Below are positions 37,218 through 46,013 of a DNA stretch of 64,000 nucleotides, piece by piece. Position 1 is the stretch's first letter. Every line of letters starts with the position of its first letter. Origin of the DNA: an uncultured virus (IMG/VR IMGVR_UViG_3300000116_000008) (Duplodnaviria; Heunggongvirae; Uroviricota; Caudoviricetes); IMG/VR virus record IMGVR_UViG_3300000116_000008, one strand, 5' to 3'. Made by a program: the position numbers and the translations under genes. The notes below the pieces were generated by a model. That model worked only from the letters and a program-made list of their open reading frames with translations, did no database searches and was not told where the DNA came from.

Positions 37218-37417
37218 TATTTTATGTTTCTTTTATATTATGTTTATGTCTATTCATAGACGCCATTTGGATTATGTACTTATACAATAAAACTGATAAT
37301 TTTCTTTTCCAAAAAAATAAAGAAGCTAAAGAATTAAAACAAAGACATCTTGCACCTAAAAAATATGATGGTTCAAGAGACATAAAAGATAATAATTTGA
37401 GAAAATTATTTAAATAG
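37211..37417 (+). CDS. Small membrane protein
   Basis: N-terminal TM; coupled. Confidence 0.45.
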   Translation: MVIFYVSFILCLCLFIDAIWIMYLYNKTDNFLFQKNKEAKELKQRHLAPKKYDGSRDIKDNNLRKLFK

Positions 37418-37418
37418 A

Positions 37419-37685
37419 TTGGATAGATTAATGTGGTTTTTTCTATTAAAGGCAATAGCAGGCTCTATTGTTGGTTCTGCAACAGAATCTTGGTTCAGAG
37501 ATACAAGATTAGGAGTATGGTTTTATGCTAAAATGGATTCGCTCTATACTTGGGCAGCAAAAAGATACGGAATCAAAGTTATTACAGACGAAGAAAAACG
37601 AATGGCTAAATTCCCCGAACTCTCCAGACGACTCAACAGTATCGAGTCTCGTATTAGAGTACTCGAAGGGAAAAAAACTGACTAA
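37419..37685 (+). CDS. Hypothetical protein
   Basis: ORF track. Confidence 0.6.
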   Translation: MDRLMWFFLLKAIAGSIVGSATESWFRDTRLGVWFYAKMDSLYTWAAKRYGIKVITDEEKRMAKFPELSRRLNSIESRIRVLEGKKTD

Positions 37686-37764
37686 CAAACAAAAAGCTAT
37701 TATAAGAACTCGTTATAATACTTGGGAAAAAAATGGTCAAGAAATTGACTTCTAGGAGATAAAA

Positions 37765-38091
37765 ATGGCTGAAGAGATTAAAGCATCAGGTTTTCATCCT
37801 GCAGATACTAATGGTGACGGAAAAGTTACTAATGAAGAGCACAAAATGTATATGGAATTTAAGCGCAAAGAGCTAGAAGATGCAGACGCAATGAGAGATG
37901 CACAACGTAAAATGGCTTGGTTTGCTTTAGCAGGTATGTTACTATACCCTTTTGCAGTAGTATTGGCAGTAATGCTAGGACTTGTAGAAGCCAGTAAGAT
38001 ACTAGGTAGTATGGCGTCAGTTTATTTTGTATCAGTTGCCGCAATTGTTGCTGCATTCTTCGGGGCACAGAGTTTCGGTAAAAATAAATAA
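37765..38091 (+). CDS. EF-hand-like plus two-TM protein (holin candidate)
   Basis: DTNGDGKVTNEE loop; two TM helices. Confidence 0.6.
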   Translation: MAEEIKASGFHPADTNGDGKVTNEEHKMYMEFKRKELEDADAMRDAQRKMAWFALAGMLLYPFAVVLAVMLGLVEASKILGSMASVYFVSVAAIVAAFFGAQSFGKNK

Positions 38092-38134
38092 CCATTGCTT
38101 GTTAGTTATATTACATATAAAATATATATAACTA

Positions 38135-39232
38135 ATGGGAGACTTAATGGATTATTTTAACAACAGTTCTTACGACTGGCGTATCGCTCAATGTTGCCAG
38201 TTTCACGATAAAAATCAAGCAAAAAAATATAACTTTGGTACTACTACCAAAACTTATGCCCTCAAAGAGGGAGGTAAAGAACGCGTTCAAACTAAAGCCT
38301 TATATAATTGCAATCAGTTATTAGCAGTTATTCGTGATCACTTCCCTACACAACCTAAAAATCTTAGAGCATGGCGCATTTCCTCAGAGTTGTTTCCTTG
38401 TTATACCCTTGATTTTACACAACCTTGGTATACAGAAATATGGGGTGAAATTTCTGAAATACTTTCTGAAGCAGGCGAGCTTGCTAAAAAACATGAAATT
38501 AGATTAAGTGTTCACCCAGGACAATATACTGTGTTAGCCTCTAATAAATCTAATGTAGTCGAGAACTCCCTTAAAGATTTAGAGTATCATGCATTATACG
38601 GCAGTATGATGGGGCTACCTGCAGAAGATTTTTCAATGAATATTCACTTACAAGGATTATATGGAGGAAAACATGAAGATGGCATCAAACGATTCGCAGC
38701 TAACTACCAATATTTATCAGACTATGCACAAAAATGTTTATCCGTCGAAAACGAAGATAAACCCAATGGCTATGACATCGTCCACACACTTGAACTTGCC
38801 CAACGGGTCCCTATCCGCTGCACCCTCGACACACACCACTTTGACTGTCATAGAATGGTTGAGACAGAACGAGTCAAGATTGGTGAAAAGCAAGTCAACA
38901 GAAAAGTACGAGAAGTCGACTCTATTACAGCTACGTCAGACCTTTTTAAAGAAGCCGTCAAAAGCTGGAAAGGAGTACGCCCGCTTTTCCATACTTCACA
39001 ATCCTTCCCTCCAGAAAATCAAGCATATTGGATGAAGTGTAACGCCCACTCAGAAATGTTTTGGGATGAAGAGCATATGAGTAGACATGTTCCAATGTTA
39101 CAGTATGCAGATTTTGATATTGAAGCTAAATTTAAAGAAGTAGCTGTTAAAGGCTTTTACGATTATATACAAGCAGAGGCTGACTTTGCTGGAGAACAAT
39201 TACAAGCAAAAAGGATTCCAAATGAATGGTAG
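38135..39232 (+). CDS. uvsE: UV damage endonuclease (start may be 38147)
   Basis: RISSELFP, RLSVHPGQYTVLAS, VENED, LDTHH, HS, IEAK.KE. Confidence 0.92.
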   Translation: MGDLMDYFNNSSYDWRIAQCCQFHDKNQAKKYNFGTTTKTYALKEGGKERVQTKALYNCNQLLAVIRDHFPTQPKNLRAWRISSELFPCYTLDFTQPWYTEIWGEISEILSEAGELAKKHEIRLSVHPGQYTVLASNKSNVVENSLKDLEYHALYGSMMGLPAEDFSMNIHLQGLYGGKHEDGIKRFAANYQYLSDYAQKCLSVENEDKPNGYDIVHTLELAQRVPIRCTLDTHHFDCHRMVETERVKIGEKQVNRKVREVDSITATSDLFKEAVKSWKGVRPLFHTSQSFPPENQAYWMKCNAHSEMFWDEEHMSRHVPMLQYADFDIEAKFKEVAVKGFYDYIQAEADFAGEQLQAKRIPNEW

Positions 39233-39238
39233 GATAAT

Positions 39239-39430
39239 ATGAAAGAAGGACCGTTACTAAACACTATGCAAAATGATGATGAAAGTTCAGATAAACAATT
39301 TATAAAACAAATATTTATCTCTTATTATAAAGATGATGAGGGCAGAGTTAAAAAAGAGACTATTACTAGAGATTTTTTAAAAGACGATTACATAGATTCT
39401 ACGAAAATCGAAGTTCTATCTACAACATGA
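39239..39430 (+). CDS. Small hypothetical protein
   Basis: AGGA SD; MKEGP...KETITRDF..DDYIDS. Confidence 0.6.
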   Translation: MKEGPLLNTMQNDDESSDKQFIKQIFISYYKDDEGRVKKETITRDFLKDDYIDSTKIEVLSTT

Positions 39431-40482
39431 ACAAAACTTTTTGCTTTAAGCCGTGGACAGAGATATATTCACACTTTGGGAATGTAGGTCCTTGTTGTGT
39501 AAACTATGAACATTTTACTGGATCTTTGGATGAATATTCACATTCTTCTGAGCTTAAAGAGTTAAAAAAATATTTTTTAGAGGGTAAAAAACACCCATCG
39601 TGTATTGCTTGCTGGGAGACTGAGAAGTCAGGTGTAAAATCTCTGAGACAGTTAGATAATATTCGTGCTAAAAGTTTAAAAACTATATCCATAAGTATAA
39701 ATAATAAATGTAATTTTAAATGCAGAATGTGTAATCCTGCTGACTCTTCTGCTTGGGCAAAAGATATAGAGGCTTGTGACATCAGAGGTTTATCTCCGAC
39801 ACGAACCATTGAAGCATATGATAAAGTAGATTGGATAATCAATAAGTGTAAAGATAGTTTTTTGAATGTTAGGGTTATGGGTGGTGAGCCTTTAATTACA
39901 AAAGAGTTCATATATTTTTTAGAACAGATTGATAAATTTAATTTATATGAGAATATATATTTAGTTTTGACTACTAACCTCTCAACTTTATCTTATAAAG
40001 GCATAAACTTTTTAGATTATTTTGCTAAATTTAAAAAATTAGATGTGTATGCTAGTTTTGATGGTGTAGGTGATGTTGGTGAGTATATAAGGCACGGTTT
40101 TTTATATGATAAATTTGTTTCAAATTTACATTCAGCTAAAAAGTATATAAAATTTTTATCAGTCACCTTACAACTTTATAATCTCTATGATGCTCCTAAT
40201 ATAAAGAAATTCGCTGATACTCACAATCTTATTATAAATTATAATTTTTTAACTGATCCTGATTTTTTAAGAATTGAGAACCTTTCAAGAAAACAAAGAG
40301 ATAAGTTGATAGCTTATTATAAAGAAAAATCTTTTTATGATAGTGCTATCTTCTCCGTTTTAAATAGTGATGTGTATTTGAATAAGACTGACCACTTTTT
40401 AGCATACACAAAAAAACTAGATTTACTTTGGAATAAAAATTTTTCTGTAAGTATTCCTCAATTGTACTTTGATCTTTCTTAA
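39427..40482 (+). CDS. Radical SAM protein with N-terminal SPASM/twitch-like Cys cluster
   Basis: CNFKCRMC, GGEP, PCC...CxxCW. Confidence 0.88.
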   Translation: MNKTFCFKPWTEIYSHFGNVGPCCVNYEHFTGSLDEYSHSSELKELKKYFLEGKKHPSCIACWETEKSGVKSLRQLDNIRAKSLKTISISINNKCNFKCRMCNPADSSAWAKDIEACDIRGLSPTRTIEAYDKVDWIINKCKDSFLNVRVMGGEPLITKEFIYFLEQIDKFNLYENIYLVLTTNLSTLSYKGINFLDYFAKFKKLDVYASFDGVGDVGEYIRHGFLYDKFVSNLHSAKKYIKFLSVTLQLYNLYDAPNIKKFADTHNLIINYNFLTDPDFLRIENLSRKQRDKLIAYYKEKSFYDSAIFSVLNSDVYLNKTDHFLAYTKKLDLLWNKNFSVSIPQLYFDLS

Positions 40483-40521
40483 TTTTTTTGACACCCTACT
40501 TTAAAAATGTATAATATTCAT

Positions 40522-40743
40522 ATGGCTGTACGAAAATTTGTAAAAAAATCTAATGGAACAAAAATGTGGGAATCAATGAGTTCTTCGGTTAAGAAAAGAC
40601 CGACTCAAGATTGGTGTGCCTTTTACACCCCTATGGGCAGGATGGTATCTAAACCTGCAGGAAAAAGACCCCGTCATATGCACCCTGAAGAATGGTGTGC
40701 CGATAAGACACCGTTTCGAGGAAAAGTCAGAAGGAGTTACTAA
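40522..40743 (+). CDS. Small basic protein, probably leaderless (start MAVRK)
   Basis: TTGACA-16-TATAAT ends at 40515; ATG at 40522. Confidence 0.6.
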   Translation: MAVRKFVKKSNGTKMWESMSSSVKKRPTQDWCAFYTPMGRMVSKPAGKRPRHMHPEEWCADKTPFRGKVRRSY

Positions 40744-41459
40744 TGGAAGCATTACAACTAGACGCTCAGGATTATATTTTTCCAGTTGAGACACGTGAGA
40801 CATTTGAAAATAAAAATATTATCAAAGCAATTCACGCAAGTCAACATACCCAAAGAAACTATGATCTTGATAAGAAAATCCCTATTGAGGATGTAAAAAC
40901 TATAATTACCGCGGCTACTCAATGCCCTAGTAAACAAAATTTAGCTTTCTATGATTTACATGTTATAGTCAATAGAAACGTAATTAAAACCGTGTATGAC
41001 ACTACTACTAATAAGTATGACGAAACTGGCGAGTATCATTCACTATCTAATCCACAAGTGCTTGCAAATATGCTTTTGATTTTTTCTTTAAAAAAAGAAT
41101 TAGTAAAAGGTAGACATAAAGAGGTTGATGAAGCTAAGGTAAATCTCGGGTCTGCCAGAGTAGCTAACAACGATGCCCATGTCGCAATCGGTATCGCTGC
41201 GGGCTATGTAAATTTAACCGCATCATTAATAGGTTTAGAAACAGGATGTTGTTCCTGTGTAATGGGGTATGAAGAACTTAAAGAGATATTAAATCTTGAT
41301 TCTGACCCTGTACTATTAATGGGTGTAGGTTATAAAAATAAAAATACTAACAGAAGAATGCATCAATTAGCTGCTACAGATGAACATAAAGATAATGGCT
41401 GGGAAACTAAATTCCCAACTTTAAAGAAAGATTCTATTAAAATATATTATGTAAAATGA
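40743..41459 (+). CDS. Nitroreductase family protein
   Basis: QRNYD, AATQCPSKQN, L.ASLIGLETGCC. Confidence 0.82.
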   Translation: MEALQLDAQDYIFPVETRETFENKNIIKAIHASQHTQRNYDLDKKIPIEDVKTIITAATQCPSKQNLAFYDLHVIVNRNVIKTVYDTTTNKYDETGEYHSLSNPQVLANMLLIFSLKKELVKGRHKEVDEAKVNLGSARVANNDAHVAIGIAAGYVNLTASLIGLETGCCSCVMGYEELKEILNLDSDPVLLMGVGYKNKNTNRRMHQLAATDEHKDNGWETKFPTLKKDSIKIYYVK

Positions 41460-41842
41460 TTCTTCGACCTGACGATAAATTATTTGAAGAGTTATATTAC
41501 TTATTATTTACGTCAAGAAATGATCGCGAAGTTCATAATTTTAGCTGCACCATAATGACCTCTATTCTTGCTTACTACTTTACTAAGTATACAGAAAAAG
41601 TTTGGATTATAGATACTTCAAAGCACTGTGTATTGTATGACGGTAATAGCACCTGGGATTTCAGTTTAGGAATCGTCTTTGAAAACTATGAGTACCCAAC
41701 CTCTTCCCTTCCAGACTACTATTATAAAATAAGTAAATTTTATAAATTTTTTGATGAGAAAAACTATGAGTCTTATTATTCAGAACCTTCTGAATCTATA
41801 GTTAATTGTAAAAAAGTATTATCCAATGAAAACTACAGTTGA
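41456..41842 (+). CDS. Hypothetical protein, possible transglutaminase-like C-H-D triad
   Basis: FSC...HCVL...WDF. Confidence 0.45.
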   Translation: MILRPDDKLFEELYYLLFTSRNDREVHNFSCTIMTSILAYYFTKYTEKVWIIDTSKHCVLYDGNSTWDFSLGIVFENYEYPTSSLPDYYYKISKFYKFFDEKNYESYYSEPSESIVNCKKVLSNENYS

Positions 41843-42218
41843 TAGTGTTTATGTTAGATTACAACCCTCTAAAATACATGGTGTAGGTGTTTTTGCCATC
41901 AAAATGATACCTAAAAATTTTACTATATTTAAATCAACCTGTTTATATACTAAAACCCCTATAAGTTCGTTAGACAAATTGTCTGAACCCGAAAAGACCT
42001 ATTATCTTGATTTTTTTGTTCAGGAAGATAACTTTATTTACTTACCCTCTATACCAGTGCAATCTATTGATATTAGTTTTTTTATAAATCATGATTCTAC
42101 TTTTCCAAATGTTAAATATGATTATGAATTAGATAGCTTTGTTACTTTAATGCCTATACCTGTAGGTACTGAAATTGTTTATGACTATTCGAGCGTAGAA
42201 GATGAAATTATACTTTGA
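41826..42218 (+). CDS. SET-domain protein
   Basis: SKIHGVGVFA, FINH...PNV, GTEIVYDY. Confidence 0.85.
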   Translation: MKTTVDSVYVRLQPSKIHGVGVFAIKMIPKNFTIFKSTCLYTKTPISSLDKLSEPEKTYYLDFFVQEDNFIYLPSIPVQSIDISFFINHDSTFPNVKYDYELDSFVTLMPIPVGTEIVYDYSSVEDEIIL

Positions 42219-42948
42219 TAATATTTTTGGACACCAAACAGATGGTGATTTGTTATTCAGTGTTGTGAGCGCTGAGTTCGATCAAAATGAGTGGAATCAC
42301 GCTTTTGAAAATGGTTGGTCGCCTATCGGGATTTGGTATAATAGAGATAAAGATATTCTCTGGTATCAATCAAGGCAAACTAGAATTGATACTAAAATTC
42401 ATTTTCATAGTAGAAAGACTAAACTTTTACTACAAAAAACTACTGTAAATTGGACTATAAGTACTTCACATGGATATGATGAAGAAGTATATGCTTTGTA
42501 TGTTGACTATTGTAACTATAAAAAATTCACAGATATTGCAACGTACGACGAAATAGACATAATATTTAACTATCCTGTTAACCAACGTTTTATAAAGTTT
42601 TATTATGAAGAGAAGTTAATAGCTATAACTAAAATGAGTACTTGGAATAATAGTGTTTACTCTGAGTTTTTTTGGTGGAATTACAATTTACCAGAGTTAT
42701 CTGTCGGAAAGTTATCTGGAGCGATAGAAATAGACATTGCTAAAGAGTCAGGTAATCGTTATTTATATACGGGTCTTGGTTATCATCATCACGGCATATA
42801 TAAGTCTTTAAAAAAAGGATTCGAATGGTGGACAGGTAGAGAGTGGTCTACAGACGTTGAAAAATATAACTACTTGTGTAGAAAAGATGACGAAATTAAA
42901 ACTATAGATGAGCTGTATGAGCATCAGATAAATTATTTTAAGGAATAG
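42202..42948 (+). CDS. Ate/Bpt-like aminoacyl-tRNA-protein transferase (GNAT)
   Basis: AFENGW, EEVYALY..Y, KLIA, LSVGKLS..IEIDIAK..G.RYLY.G..Y...YK match the ATE_C pattern. Confidence 0.68.
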   Translation: MKLYFDNIFGHQTDGDLLFSVVSAEFDQNEWNHAFENGWSPIGIWYNRDKDILWYQSRQTRIDTKIHFHSRKTKLLLQKTTVNWTISTSHGYDEEVYALYVDYCNYKKFTDIATYDEIDIIFNYPVNQRFIKFYYEEKLIAITKMSTWNNSVYSEFFWWNYNLPELSVGKLSGAIEIDIAKESGNRYLYTGLGYHHHGIYKSLKKGFEWWTGREWSTDVEKYNYLCRKDDEIKTIDELYEHQINYFKE

Positions 42949-42954
42949 TGCTTT

Positions 42955-43242
42955 ATGAGTCACATTAAAGTTTTTTTCATAGCTAAAATAAAAAATCTTA
43001 ATGAAGAATATAAACAAAAAAATAAAGAGCTATGCGACTTAGCAGCTACTTTACCTGGATTTATGTCTATCGAGAGTCAAGAAATAGATGACGTTGAAAT
43101 TACTATATCTTGCTGGAAAGACAAAGAATCTATTAATTATTGGGCTAATCACCCTTTACATGCAAAAATAAAAAGAAGGAAAAAAGAATGGTATCACTGG
43201 GTAAAAGGAATACACGTGGAGGCTATAGATGAGTTATCTTAA
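42955..43242 (+). CDS. Antibiotic-biosynthesis monooxygenase (ABM) family
   Basis: LPGFMSIES, ITISCWKD.ESI..W.NHPLH. Confidence 0.82.
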   Translation: MSHIKVFFIAKIKNLNEEYKQKNKELCDLAATLPGFMSIESQEIDDVEITISCWKDKESINYWANHPLHAKIKRRKKEWYHWVKGIHVEAIDELS

Positions 43243-43894
43243 TCATAGTATTCCAACAATATGTTGTTTAATGAGAAATGAATATTTATACAACCATACA
43301 AAAGGTTTTGGAGAATTTACTCCATGTGATATTCACTCTGTTACTTCCCTACAAAAACGCGTTCCTTTGTTTGAGGCGTTTTTAGAAAATGGCGTTAATT
43401 GGACTCGAAGACCTATTCATGCTTTTTGTTGGAAAGAAGATGCGCCTGTTTTGCCTCTAGAGATGCACATGTATTGGGATTGCTTTAGTCATTACATTGA
43501 TGTCAATAAAAGAAATAGGTTAGTTGGTTTACGAGCTTCACTTATAGATTACAAAGGGGGTAAACACTCTGGAATTTATATGTTTACGCTAGATTGGGGA
43601 TGGGAGAATTTAGCTGGTAGCTTAGATACTAATTTCTCTGAAGATCCAGAACATAAGTGTGCTCACGTTTTTAAGATGGACAACGGAAATTTTTTCGCTT
43701 ATCCTAATAATAGAATAATTTGGCATGATGACGCCTGGGTTTTTAATCCAATCACTAAAAATCCTGGATATATCATTGATCAAACAATTTATACTGTTGA
43801 AAATAGAAGAGGAGGCGTTGTAACAGACAATTCATATTTTACAGAATTTGATAATAAAGGGGCTTCTGTTTTTGCTGATAGCCCTAAAGAATAA
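43229..43894 (+). CDS. Conserved phage hypothetical protein
   Basis: YLNHSIP, RPIHAF, WDCFS, EHKCAHV, YPNNRI. Confidence 0.7.
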   Translation: MSYLNHSIPTICCLMRNEYLYNHTKGFGEFTPCDIHSVTSLQKRVPLFEAFLENGVNWTRRPIHAFCWKEDAPVLPLEMHMYWDCFSHYIDVNKRNRLVGLRASLIDYKGGKHSGIYMFTLDWGWENLAGSLDTNFSEDPEHKCAHVFKMDNGNFFAYPNNRIIWHDDAWVFNPITKNPGYIIDQTIYTVENRRGGVVTDNSYFTEFDNKGASVFADSPKE

Positions 43895-43905
43895 TGGAGA
43901 TTTAA

Positions 43906-44064
43906 ATGCCTATAAAGAAAAAATCAGGACCAAAACCTACAAACCCTACTCTTTATGCAAAAGTTAAAGCTGAGGCTAAAAGAAAATTTAAAGTATACCC
44001 CTCTGCATACGCTAATGGATGGTTAGTTAAAACTTACAAATCTAGAGGTGGAGGATATAGATAA
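43906..44064 (+). CDS. Small basic protein (DUF5872-like), below the ORF-track cutoff
   Basis: GGAGA SD; PTNPTLYAKVKAEAKRKFKVYPSAYANGWLVKTYKSRGGGY. Confidence 0.75.
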   Translation: MPIKKKSGPKPTNPTLYAKVKAEAKRKFKVYPSAYANGWLVKTYKSRGGGYR

Positions 44065-44345
44065 TGGCTAAACCTAGAGGAGGTCTTACTGCTTGGTTTG
44101 GTAAAGGATCAAAAGGTGATTGGGTAAATATCGGCGCACCTAAAAAAGACGGTAAATTTCAACCCTGTGGTAGAAAATCTGCTAAAAGTGGAGGTAAGTA
44201 TCCTAAATGCGTACCGAGAGCAACAGCTCTTAAAATGACAGCAGCTGAAAGACGTAGTGCTGTTAGTAGAAAACGTTCTGCGGGTAACACCGGAGGTAAA
44301 CCTACTATGGTGAAAACTTTTACTAAAAGAAAGAAGAAGAAATAA
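44064..44345 (+). CDS. Small basic protein
   Basis: GLTAWF..DWV..PCGRK..YPKCVP. Confidence 0.75.
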   Translation: MAKPRGGLTAWFGKGSKGDWVNIGAPKKDGKFQPCGRKSAKSGGKYPKCVPRATALKMTAAERRSAVSRKRSAGNTGGKPTMVKTFTKRKKKK

Positions 44346-44346
44346 T

Positions 44347-44652
44347 ATGTCGTTAAATCCTCGCATACCAAGGAAAAAAGGACAACGTGCCAATAGTAAA
44401 AAACACAGTGATTTATATACTGATGAGAATCCAAAAGGTACGATTAAGAAATTAGGATTTAAAACTGTTGCAATTGCACAGGCTAGTGTTAGAAAAATTA
44501 AATCTTCTAGACGCTCGCATGCTCACAAAACACAAGCAGCTATTGCTATGGAGCAGAGAGCTCGAGTAATGGGTAAAGTTGGAGCAGCTGCAGTCTATAG
44601 AAGATTTATTAATACTCAAAAGAAAATTACACAACAAAGGAGAAAAAAATGA
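44347..44652 (+). CDS. Small basic protein
   Basis: HSDLYTDENPKGTIKKLGFK..AMEQRA. Confidence 0.72.
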   Translation: MSLNPRIPRKKGQRANSKKHSDLYTDENPKGTIKKLGFKTVAIAQASVRKIKSSRRSHAHKTQAAIAMEQRARVMGKVGAAAVYRRFINTQKKITQQRRKK

Positions 44653-44810
44653 TTAATTGGGTAAAAGATAGAATTAAAGAAATGACAACATGGAACGGTG
44701 CATCACTTATAGCTGTTGGTTGTATTATATTATTTGCAGGAGTTTTTGCAAAATATGCTGCTTATGCAGCGATCGCTTATGGAGCTTACTCTATTTGGAA
44801 AAGCGAATAA
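44649..44810 (+). CDS. Small two-TM membrane protein (53 aa)
   Basis: AGGAGA SD; MINWVKDRIKEMTTWNGASLIAVG...YSIWKSE. Confidence 0.7.
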   Translation: MINWVKDRIKEMTTWNGASLIAVGCIILFAGVFAKYAAYAAIAYGAYSIWKSE

Positions 44811-44816
44811 GGCTTA

Positions 44817-45185
44817 ATGAGAACTGGAATAGGAGTATTCCTATTTCTGTTTATACTTCTTGCTATAACAATAGTAGCACACGCTGGTGGTAAAACTTAC
44901 GAACCAAAAGACCCGAAGTACGGTACAAAGAAAACATACACACATCAGCAGAAAAGAAATAGTGGTATAGCAGAAAAGAAAAAATATACTACCTGTAGAT
45001 TAATGAAGAGAGTCACTTCAAGAATTACAGGTAGACAAGCTTGCATTTACAAAGGGGGGAACAAGACATTTACTCTAATGTATGAAGATGATTGTCCATC
45101 CTCTTATAAGTGTATATATGATCCATACGGAAAAGAACCTAATATCGACGACGTAGTTGATAGTTTAAATTCAATTAAAAAATAG
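44817..45185 (+). CDS. Secreted Cys-containing hypothetical protein
   Basis: Signal peptide; four Cys. Confidence 0.65.
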   Translation: MRTGIGVFLFLFILLAITIVAHAGGKTYEPKDPKYGTKKTYTHQQKRNSGIAEKKKYTTCRLMKRVTSRITGRQACIYKGGNKTFTLMYEDDCPSSYKCIYDPYGKEPNIDDVVDSLNSIKK

Positions 45186-45193
45186 GAGATGCT

Positions 45194-45343
45194 ATGATAG
45201 GCGAATCTAACGTTGGTGAAGAAAGACACTGCACATATTGTGGACATAGGTGCCATTGTTACTCAAGTGGTTGTCAAGAATGTGTTAATGATGTGTGTTA
45301 TACATGTCATTGTGACGAAGAAAAAAATGACATTCACACATGA
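45194..45343 (+). CDS. Cys/His-rich metallothionein-like mini-protein (49 aa)
   Basis: AGGAGA SD; HCTYCGHRCHCYSSGCQECVNDVCYTCHC. Confidence 0.7.
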   Translation: MIGESNVGEERHCTYCGHRCHCYSSGCQECVNDVCYTCHCDEEKNDIHT

Positions 45344-45557
45344 AGACTTTACTATAGATTTAACAAATAATAAAAAAGGTAAATTATATAAGGGTAATCA
45401 ATTAATGTTTGTAGGAGATGGTTATTCGGCTATTACAATGATGATGAGAAATTGTAAAGATAACCAACCAGTTAGAAATAAATTTAATGCACAACTTAAT
45501 ACTAGAGAGAAGTGCAAATTAGGTTTGGTGAAACATGAGAAAAAAACCAAAAATTAA
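45327..45557 (+). CDS. Hypothetical protein (start MTFTHEDF)
   Basis: 3' part of the track ORF 45213-45557. Confidence 0.6.
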   Translation: MTFTHEDFTIDLTNNKKGKLYKGNQLMFVGDGYSAITMMMRNCKDNQPVRNKFNAQLNTREKCKLGLVKHEKKTKN

Positions 45558-45705
45558 TATATCAGCTCTTTTACGAAAGCATCGAGCTGGAAAATCTATC
45601 GGTTCTACCAATAGAGCAAGACTAGTTGCAAGGGGATTGATTGCGAGAAAATCAGGTCCTCATAAAGGCAAAAAGAAAGATCTAGGTAAGAGAGGAAAAA
45701 GCTAA
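45535..45705 (+). CDS. Small Lys/Arg-rich protein (56 aa)
   Basis: MRKKPKINISALLRKHRAGKSIGSTNRARLVARGLIARKSG... Confidence 0.65.
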   Translation: MRKKPKINISALLRKHRAGKSIGSTNRARLVARGLIARKSGPHKGKKKDLGKRGKS

Positions 45706-45857
45706 TGAAAATGAACGGCATGAGAAACTGTGTAAAAGAAGATATCAATAAGTTAGGTAAAGGCGGTAAAATGCAAAGAAAAGGTCTAACACCTAAACAA
45801 AAGAAATTACCACCAGCTTTACAAGCAGCGATACTAAAAAAACAAAAAGAGAATTAA
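45705..45857 (+). CDS. Small basic protein (50 aa)
   Basis: GAGGA SD; LTPKQKKLPPALQAAILKK. Confidence 0.6.
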   Translation: MKMNGMRNCVKEDINKLGKGGKMQRKGLTPKQKKLPPALQAAILKKQKEN

Positions 45858-46013
45858 TATCTTTAGCTAATGAGTACTCGAAATATAATTTCAAGGGGAG
45901 CCTATTCAGGAAAAACCTTTACTCATGGTTCGAATTCTGTTATAGTAATATCTATAATTACTCGTATATTAATACAGAGTACTCAACAATGATACCAACT
46001 TATTGAGGATTCA

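Noticed and set aside
44690..44893. 67-aa track ORF
   Set aside because: The alternative frame 44649-44810 has a strong SD and coherent TM segments
45213..45326. 5' extension of track ORF 45213-45557
   Set aside because: Overlaps the better-supported Cys-rich ORF; ATG 45327 is the more plausible start
45927..45937. tRNA gene suggested by GGTTCGAATTC
   Set aside because: No T-stem, acceptor stem or CCA could be assembled
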